From Nageia nagi (lineage: Eukaryota; Plantae; Pinophyta), in NCBI GenBank assembly GCA_050084985.1, contig JBITNC010000001.1, forward strand, positions 31,682,001 through 31,746,000: a stretch of 64,000 nucleotides of DNA, in the 5' to 3' direction. The notes beneath the pieces were generated by a model that saw only the letters and a list, made by a program, of their open reading frames with translations, was not told where the DNA came from and searched no databases. This document shows positions 54,165 to 64,000 of the stretch, piece by piece; position 1 is the stretch's first letter; each line of letters opens with the position of its first letter. Both the position numbers and the translations under genes were made by a program.

Positions 54165-57100
54165 TACTATTCTTGTAGAATCACACTCTAAAAGGGGTAA
54201 AATTCTATATGTTATTTATTATTTAAATTATTCATTCATTCCAAAATAAAATCCATTCTTTAATTTCCAATCCTTATTCCCTTTTATTTTATTCATAAAT
54301 ATTTGTAAGTATTTAGTGTTGAACTACATTTTACAATAAGAAGGGGGGTGAATCAGTGTCTTTAACTTTAAAACATTAAACCCAAAAATTTTAATTAGTG
54401 CAATAGAAAGATAAAACCAAATAGAGCAAACACACAAGATAACATCACACAACATAAGTTATAATGAGGTTCATCAATATGGCTACATCCCTAAATAAGA
54501 CTGCTTGGACTCCAATCCAAATCTAGCCATTGTAAAGCATCAACTTTACACAATTTACAAGCACCAACTGGAAGGAGCACCAACCTCTAAGTTATATAGC
54601 ACCAACTACAAGGAGCACCAACTCCTCTTGCCAAACACCCACTTGATAGATTCAATAAGATAAGGTGAAGGATTAATAACTAGTTACCCAAGACCCAGAA
54701 TGGTCTAGCTCAAAACACTTCTACACACAACCACAATCTAAATCTATCTCTTCAATATTTTCTTCTCATTCTAAAAATCACACCACTTTTCTATAGCTTC
54801 AACCCTTTTATTCATATTCACTCACTCTTCACACCTATCAACTAAAAAACCCTAAAACAAATCCAGAAATTATTCTTGAAACTATTGGAAGGAATGTCTT
54901 AATTCAAATCAAGAAAATGTTCCACATTCTGATTCAAAATTGATATGATATCTCACGCACATTTAGAACTCTCAACACTTGTATAACTATAAATAAATCA
55001 TTCATTGCAGACACTTCCATTACTCACACACTACTCAAAATCATACTACACTCCCAATACATAAACCTAAAAAAATTTGAATATTGTAGAACTAGTTCAT
55101 GATAATATATCTATTGCACTTAGAATTCATGTTCCAATTTTTATTTCATTTTTTTTTTCCCTCTTCAAATGCCATGAAAAGAGCTTCACCAACCTCTTCT
55201 TTTGAATATTCATTTGAGTTAGCTTTTGATGAATTAATGTTCTTAGAAATAAAGCTTTTCTTCTTAAAATTACCTTTTTTAAAGTTTGATTTTATCTTCC
55301 AACCACTTCTCTCTTTGTACAAATTTTCATCATCTTTGTTCTTCTTATTATGTGGACATTTGCTACAAAATGCCCCATGCCTCCATAATTAAAACATTTA
55401 AATGGTAAATTTTCTTTATATTTACCTTTTTTTCCTTTCTTTAATTTTGTGACTAAAGTTCACTTCTAATTCATCATATGTCTCTTCTTCATCGGATTTC
55501 TAGCATTGCTTTTTTTTTTCTTCTTTACCTTGAAGCAATGGATTTTCCCTTTCCTATCCTCATTTCATAGGTAGTTAGAGAACCATGCATTTCATCCATA
55601 TTGAAAGTATTTAAATCTTTTTCTTCTTGTATGAGAGAAACTTTTGAATCAAATCCTTAAGGAAGTGAGCATAATACCTTTTTCACAATGATTGAGTCTT
55701 CAATCTTTTCTGAGGCCTTTGATCGCATTGATCACTTCATTTACCCTTACCATGTATGCTACTATGTTTTTATCATCATACATATTTAATCTCTCAAATG
55801 ATGTTTGGTGAGTTTGAAGCTTAGACTCCTTTATCTTCACATCTTCCTCATTAATGCTTTTTATTTTATCCCATATTTCCTTTACAGACTCGTAATTCAT
55901 CACTTTTACTAGCTCATTGTCCACCAATCTACACATGATGGCATTCTTGGCCTTCAAGTTATTTTTATATGCCTTCTTATCTACTACATCTATAATAGGC
56001 ATAAAAGATGTGGTATAACCATTTTTTGTGGCCTCCCAAATCTTGTATCCCAAAGCACTAAGATAAGTTTGCATCCTAAGTCTCCAAAAAGAATAGTTAA
56101 TATCATCAAATAATGGAGCTTTATTTGAAGTGAACCCTTCACCTAAAGCCATTGTGTCACATCCAAGATCTCCCTAGTTGATTAAGATAACATAGGAACC
56201 TTGCTTTGATACCAATTATTGAACTATGAGTTACACTAAGAGGGGGGTGAATCAATGTCTTTAACTTTAAAACTTTAAATCCAAAAAATTTAAATAGTAC
56301 AATATAAAGATAAAACTAAATAGAGCAAACACATAATAGAACATCACATAACATAAGATATAATGAAGTTCACCAATGTAGCTACATACTTAAAAATATT
56401 ACTTGGATTCCAATCCAAATGTAGCCATTTTAAATCACTAACTTTACAAATAATTTACAATCACCAACTAGAAGGAGCACCAACCCCTAAGTTCTATAGC
56501 ACCAACTACAAGGAGCACCAACTCCTCTTGCCAAGCACCCACTTGATAGATTCAATAATATAAGATGAAGGATTAATAACCAATTACCCAAGACCCATAA
56601 TGGTCTATCTCAAAACACTTCTACACAAAACCACAATCCAAATCTATCTCTTCAATATTTTCTTTTCATTCCAAAAATCACACCACTCTTCTATAGCTTC
56701 TTCACACCTATCAGCTAAAAAACCCCAAAATAGACCAAGAAACTATTACTAAAACCATAGAAGGAATGTCATTATTCAAACCAAGAAAACATTCCACATG
56801 CTAATTCAAAACTGATATGATTTCTCACACACATTTAGAACTCTCAATACTTGTAGAACTATAAAGAAATCATTCATTGTAGACACTTCCATTACTCACA
56901 CATACTTCCACACTACTCAAAATCATACTACACTCCTACTACATAAACTTAGAAAAATTTGAATATTGCAAAACTAGTTCATGATAATATATCAATTGGA
57001 CTTAGAATGTCTGTTCCAAGTCCATATGGTACGAAATGGTATTACATTTTCTGCATAGATCATCAATAATCTCTAAAATCCTGTATTTATATTTTATATC

Positions 57101-59540
57101 ACTAAAACTCTCCAAAATCGATTGGAAGTGTAATATATTTTAACAAAAAATAAAAATATATACTCAAAAATCATAATAAGCATTTTTTCAAACATTTTAC
57201 TACCAAAACAAGATTCAACTAGCCAAAATTTATGTCTTGCCATTTCGTTAAACACTTACCAAGCATCCTTATTCATTGACTTCTAGACTTTGGATTGAGA
57301 TGAAACAAAAACCAAAGTTGTAATATTTTTCATGCTGATTTAAAATATACAACCAAAAATCAAATATATAAAATCAAACTAATAAAATTCCTCTTTTTCT
57401 TTCTATCCCAAAAAGTGCATCAAACTGCAAAAAGTTACTAAGTGGCATTTTGTAGCTTGCACCATTTCTACCTTGGTCATCATCTTACTATGAAATTTGG
57501 ACCACATATTATTGGTATATAGTAATATAAATTAATTAAATTTCATCCTATGAATCAACATCATTTGCTCAAAAGTTTACTTGCACGAAGCCAATTTCAC
57601 CCAAATTTTTGACTATTCAAAAATCTGTAAGTGTGCCCAAAAAAGAACCAACATGAAATTTGACCATTCCAACATTGTACACAAGTTTTTTATAAATGAA
57701 ACAACTTATACAAGCCATATTTGGTTTTCTATCACCTTCCATTTGCATTTTGGCCCTCTTGACAACTTTTGGTCCTTTTGTTATTTTTACATCTCACAAC
57801 TTTGCAAATCTTGTCAATGTCATTTTTTTTACATGTGCAACCATGTGAACCATATGCACATTGATCTCATAATGTTAACAACAATGAAAACATTGATGCA
57901 CCATACTCAACATTTAGCCTTTACTTAAGAGTCTTGTATGTTACTGGGTGATATTTGTATTGTTAGGTCTTAGTCAAATAAAGTTAGTCAAAACTATGAT
58001 TTTATTTTAAGACAAGTGTTGTTTGTATTTAATTTGAGGATTCATGTCAAGAATATATATAAAAACCATAATATAAAGAGTGTCAAACTTGTAAAATTTG
58101 CCAAGTCTTTTATGGTCCTTATTTATTATTGTTATTATATATATTCTATTTGTATGCCCAAAGTCAACTCTTAGTCTTATCCCATGTCTTATTTCTTAGG
58201 ATTCAATATTGTATAGTTTAGGGGTTATTTATAGGTATTATACATAATCATTAGTTTTGGTTAAGTCATGTAACAGGAATTGTAGTTAGAATCAAGTTTA
58301 ATAAGGCCCATAAAAATCCAAATGTGACATCACACTTTGTAATGGAAATCAATGGACTCCAAATAACTTAGTCGATAGGTGGTACAAATAGTTCTTCATG
58401 GAGGGATTCATTCACCACTCCATATTCAAAAAACCTTGAAAATTTTAAGTGATTAAATCATACCCTTTTGGTTAAATCAATGGGTAATAAACTTCTCAAG
58501 TTCCAGCAATATCTATCGATATGTAACAAGACCCACCAAGGGGAAGTGAGCACTGTAAGAAGAGAGGAATACCTGGGTCCTCTCAATCAAGAGTGTATGA
58601 CCCCCAAGACTCTACCAACATGTCAAATACAACTCATTTCCACATGGTAATAATATTTCTCTCTCAATTTTGAATGGTACATCTTCCTTCACCCTCAGTG
58701 GTCACAACTAGGAACTTTAGAACAAATATATTTAATGGTTACAGAGAGTTAGGTGGCCATTGAATGTGGAGATAGATTGATTGTAACTATCAAGATGGTG
58801 GACCATACCTTATAAATGTAAGAATAGTAATATATTCATCATGTTAAAAGATAAAAAGTGATGTATTATGGCTAGACTAGTATAAACATTGAAGGCTACA
58901 CATCCCTAAGCCTTAACACTAAATCAAGACCATACTATATAATTAGTTAAAGTTGTAGATTAATCCATACATGTTGAAAATATTTAATTTTATACTATTA
59001 TTATTCAAAAAATTAGTTGTATTTATTAATTATGGACAATCACCCTTTTGTAAATAGGAAATTATAAATAGCGAACTATTAGAGGTCCAAAAGGTAAAAC
59101 ATTTTAGCAAAGTTACCTAGAATGAGAAGTGTTTTTATATATGACAATGCAATATAATGGTATTTTTCCCTCTGTAATTTATGATTGTTATCTTATTTTG
59201 TAATCATTTTATATGAAGTATTGTTCTAAATTGTGGCTATTTATTATGATTGGGAGACCCCAAAAGTGAGGTAGTTATTCTATCCTTAATATTGGTTATG
59301 GATTACTATTTTGTAGTGTAGATTTTGATTTCTTTCCTATTACACTTGACCTCTTCCATCTCTTTTTAGTTACTTTTGACCTTTTTCATAGATAAGAACT
59401 AGCATATAACTTAGATATTAAGCAAAAAACCCCACAAGCATATTATTCCACCACCTTCTACTCTTTCAAGAATCCTACTATTGAAAGCAATGGAGAACTA
59501 CACTAGACCAAACCTTAAGGTTACATTATACTAATCAACA
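54165..59540. mobile_element. Second solo LTR of the same family, split by a copia insertion
   Basis: Starts tactattcttgtagaatcacactctaa, ends aatcaaca; flanks atacc/agacc. Segments 54165-54316 and 57918-59540 align with 48847-50650. Confidence 0.85.
54317..57912 (-). mobile_element. SIRE/Maximus-like Ty1/copia deletion derivative (5' LTR, PBS, gag, partial 3' LTR)
   Basis: Perfect TSD tttag (54312-54316 and 57913-57917). 5' LTR 56217-57912; PBS complement gctttgatacca 56203-56214; gag KAPLFDDINYSFWRLRMQTYL (ORF 55700-56152). 54317 to about 55135 repeats 56217 to about 57018. The ggggggtgaat motif near the LTR end is typical of SIRE elements. Confidence 0.92.
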
Positions 59541-62168
59541 AGACCAATAAAAAGGCTATGGAACTAAAATTAATAATTTTAGCCCATAATTTGAGCAATT
59601 ATATAGTCATTTCTTAATGATTGTATTAAAAGAATAATATGAATAACATCATCATAACTCAATTAATGTAGCTTATGAAATAATGTATCAACAAAAAGCA
59701 TTCACCTCATTGATATCTTTTTAAAGTAGTTATAGTAGAATGATTATTCAATCAAAACCATAATGAAAAAGAATGTAATATTTAAGTATGAAGCTTTTTG
59801 GGTAATTACTACCATGTACTTTCTACAATAACTACCCTTTGATCAATCAAAGTTGGGAGCTCAACAAAGAGAAAAATGAGGGGAGAAAGTTGTCAGCACA
59901 ATGGAGTGAATCGATATGGAGAATACATGACCAATAGTTTAAGTCTATAATGACATACATAGTCAAGTAGTGAATTTCAATCCAAGGGTGCATAAGGATA
60001 CCTAGGTGGGCCATCACCAGTTTGAATATGTTTGATAATTAATTGTATCTAGTTGTGATCACTGATGAAATATTGCTACAATATAATAATTCAAATTTAT
60101 CATACTTGGAGGGAAAGTTTTCATATATGCTCAACTATAACCAATGCAAGCAAATCATTCAGTACCTTGAAAAGAGAAAGGAGGGTAAGGAGTTGGAATT
60201 GAGTGAAAAGATCTATCTAGGACCAAGTTCCATTGAAATGATGCCAACATCTTTAGAGAGTATAATGAATAAAAAGATATGAGAGTTAAAGACTGAATCC
60301 ATAGAGGATGAAAAATTCTAACATCAATTGAAAAGAAAGTGCATCAATGAAGGACCTAATAATAAAGAAGAAAAAATAGCAACAAGTCTCTTTAAGATAC
60401 CTCAAAAAAGGGTGGTCAGGGAGACCTTTGACAACCAAGCATCAATCAACACCATCATCAAGAAGACAATATAGTTATCATTGAACATTTAACTGGGAGA
60501 CTTAATCCACACAACATAAGCAATACAACTAAGCTTTGATTCCTTAACCCTAATTATTATTCTAATTTCTATCTTTATGTCTATTTCTATTTCTTTTTCT
60601 AATACCCCATCGATTTCGATGCTTATAACTATCACCACTTCCTATACATTATCTATACCATAATAAAATAACTTGATAGGTGCCACCATGGTTACTACTA
60701 AACTGATAGAACAACACACTAATATCTAATAGTCATTAGATCATCATTTGACAAAAATAAGAACAAGTGGCCATCCATGGATCAACTCATGCCCAAAGTC
60801 ATACCACATATCCATTAAGTAATTCATAAAACCATTTAACCTACCAATCCCATATGCTCATGTTACAAGAAATTGATGACATAATATGATCGATATAACC
60901 CACTTATTAGTCCTTAATCACTATTTGATTAGTGAGGTTATGACTAGGAATATTGAGGCATTCCATTGAGCCCATGTATTTCAATATATAGAAATCATAA
61001 TGATGGTCCACTTGGTTATCTTTTAACTTCAATAACATGTCAATTTCCCTTCCATCCCATCAACTAAATTGATCAAGAAATTAGAACAATTGGTCACTAC
61101 CATTATCACCAAAATCACCCATCCTACCAATACCATTTAAATTATCATAGTACTTCACCAATACTTTTCTTCCATTAATTTCCACCTAGATCATACAATT
61201 GAAGAACACTTGAAGGCCATTTTCACCCACAAGCAATAATAAATCAACCAAATCAAGTAATACTACTAGGAGGAGATGACAAAAATAATAGACTCATGCA
61301 AGGTAGAGGTGCAATAATATAAGGATGAAATTGATGAGCAAAAGAAATCATAATAGCTTAGAAGCATGATGGTAACTACCAATCCATTCCAAGTCAATAT
61401 TAAGGCTATAATAGAGAAATTTTATATGGAAAAAAAGAAGGAACTACATACTCTTTAGTAGCAGTGGACTATAGAGACTGAAGCGTTACGCACTAGAAAA
61501 GAAATAATCAACAAACTTCTCTAAGATAAAAGGAAACACAAAGAAGAGTTGATCAAATAGAACAAATAACTTTGAGAGGAAGTAGACCAACTCAAAAAGA
61601 GTTGTAATAGATCTCAACCATGAAGGATGGATTTGAATGTCTTAAAAAGGAGGTTGAAAGGGTAAAACTTCCTCAAATGAAGTTTGAATAACTCTACCAA
61701 ATATGAGAATAAGAGTTTGAGTAGCACAGAGGGAAATTGGTCAAATATTTTAAGGAACTGCAAGGTAATATCTAGAATTATAAGATCATTTGTATCGATA
61801 TTTAGCATCTCTTCAATTAGCACAAATAGACTAATATTTTGTACATCAATGCTTAGATGATCAAGTTCCTAATATGGGCAAGAGAAATTTAGTAGCACTT
61901 CCCAATACTTGCCAACAACTTCCAAGAGTTGAACATAATAAATAGTCAAGTGCAAGCCTTGAAAGAAAAGAAATAGGCATAGAAGAAATGGTTAGAAAAA
62001 TAATTAGGGAGATGTAACAAATAAATTGTTTCCATGTTGAAAAAATAACTTAAGTAGAGGATTTGATCACCAAGAAGCCAACTGATGCCATGCAAGTAAT
62101 TCAAATCATATCTTAGCTTGATACTCTTCATCAATAAATTGATCATGATGCAAAGGTGTAGATTCTCT

Positions 62169-63010
62169 AGGGGGAATGATACTTAGACCAACTTGAGTTC
62201 AAACTTATCGAACCTCTATCTTTGACCCTAATTTCTATTTGGAAACAACTTCAATAACCCACTACTAACTCTTCTACTAGTGATGTTGCAAGAGAGAATT
62301 CTATTAGGCTATGGTTAAAAATTGTCATATGAAAGTTTTGAAGGGAAGGTAACACCATAGAAAGTAGAAGTTAGTTATTTGTAAAGGATCTATAGATTGT
62401 AATATTTTGAAGTAATACAATGAAGGTCCCCTCCTCTTTTTCATGTGCAAATTATAACAATATTGAAAAAATATAAAAATAAAGAAATTAATAAATAACT
62501 TAAAATAATTATTAAAAATGGAAAAGCAATAGAAAATTGATAAATGGAATGAAAAGAAATAATGCACCCATAAAAAGAAATAAATAATAAGGAATAAAAG
62601 TGCTTGGTGACTTCTTTAGATGAAATTTCTAACTATGGAAGACACCACTCCCCAAAAAGTACCAATGGAGTATCAGTTCTATTACAAAGCCTATGATGTA
62701 GATTGTAGCCCCTTTAGTACTATTCCCATGTACTAATTTAGATTTACACTAATTTTTAGCAATAACTTACTTCATTAAGAGCCTAATACTATATACCACT
62801 TACTAATCCAAAGTAGATGGATAGATGATGAGATTCAAAGGGGAGGACTTAACAATAATTGTGTATGCTTATCGAATGTTTCTAGAATTTGAATGGGAAT
62901 TCACTAAAATCCAATTTATCTTCTCATATTAGCCTTTGATTCATGTCAATTCATCATTTAGTTTATCATATTATAGTTTGGTGTCCTAAGGCTATATGTA
63001 CCTAATATGT
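62169..63010 (+). mobile_element. Possible PPT and 3' LTR of the large gypsy element
   Basis: Purine run agggggaa (62169-62176) directly followed by tg. Only weak similarity to about 42330-42600 (aagggaaggta). Right boundary uncertain. Confidence 0.3.
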
Positions 63011-64000
63011 TATTCTAAATATTGTGGATCTAGTGAAAATAGTAACTCTATTTTAAAAATAAAATGAAATCTTTTTAAGAAATCACACATACAAAAATAG
63101 ATTTAAATAAATATTGAAGTACAAAATATAAAATACTAAATCATAACAATAGAGATTAGAGGCTACAATTGGTGAAAGTGGTCTCTCCTCCTAATAGAGC
63201 TCACAAATAGAACTTCAAAAATGTATGATGAAAGATGCTTATATTAACTTCTTTAGAAACTAGAAAATATATAATCTCTAAAATAAACTATATAGTTTTA
63301 TGTCTCATAAATGGTCATTAACTAGCCTTCTTCTAAGGAAGAAGGCTAATTTATTCTACAAACTCTAATAAACTCTAAAATGCTAATTAGTTACATTCCT
63401 ATGACTCATGTTTATTTGAAATAGAATCTTAATTTAGCCTATTACTCAATTAGATATATATAGAAAGAAGATTAAGTAAGTATCCAGCTTGCTAATAAAT
63501 ATTCAAACTTTGTCAACCTCATATCTTTCTTTATGTGTTCCTTATGATCTACTTCGTCAAGTTTGATGCTTATTCTTTTAGATCATAATCTTGAAATCTG
63601 TTACAATCTTCTGCTAGAGTTATAGAGTATTAATAGAAAGTGATACTAGGGAAATGGAAATAGAACACTTTATGCCAATGTTTTCTATTTTTTAAGCTTC
63701 CTATTTGAGAGATTATGAAGCTATGCCTTTTTAAACATATTTTGAAGTTAGTCCTCTTTAATTAATTATGAAGATTGAACATTCTTAAGCTATCTTTAAA
63801 GTTTTTCCATTCAAAACTAATTCTAAATCTATTTCTTACTTAAACCACATTATTATTACTTGATTCAAAATATGAACATTAAACATTCAAATATAATAAT
63901 AATTATTAACAACATCTAATTAATACAGATAAAAGAAAATATGTATTTACTTCTAAATATAATAGCCATATAGGCTAAATCATAATAATAGTATCCCATA

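Noticed and set aside
48847-59540. Treating the two homologous LTRs as one element enclosing RNase H and integrase
   Set aside because: Each LTR has its own TSD, the RT frame continues across the first, and no PBS or PPT adjoins their inner ends.

Overview
AT-rich, CpG-depleted plant nuclear DNA; the PPR and retroelement types suggest a gymnosperm (inference). No intact protein-coding gene is evident and most listed ORFs are fragments or shadows of decayed elements. The window is a nest of old transposons: Ty1/copia elements (about 14.7-19.0 kb +, 37.1-41.7 kb -, a SIRE-like deletion derivative 54.3-57.9 kb -, and a remnant at 7.1-9.5 kb), a pol-less Tat/Ogre-type Ty3/gypsy element carrying an antisense plant-mobile-domain ORF (24.7-34.1 kb), and a large gypsy element (about 44-62 kb) interrupted by a TIR element and two solo LTRs of one family. 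The most striking structure is at 10.2-14.0 kb. A PPR pseudogene there is interrupted by a tRNA-derived SINE (15-bp TSD) and by a Pack-MULE (9-bp TSD) carrying an intronless polypyrimidine tract-binding protein (PTB) fragment. A hAT-type element (8-bp TSD) containing a minisatellite and twin hairpins has in turn inserted into the Pack-MULE left TIR. Two CpG-retaining islands (about 5.9-6.6 kb and 19.1-19.6 kb) are not explained by transposons. All alignments and translations were done by eye.
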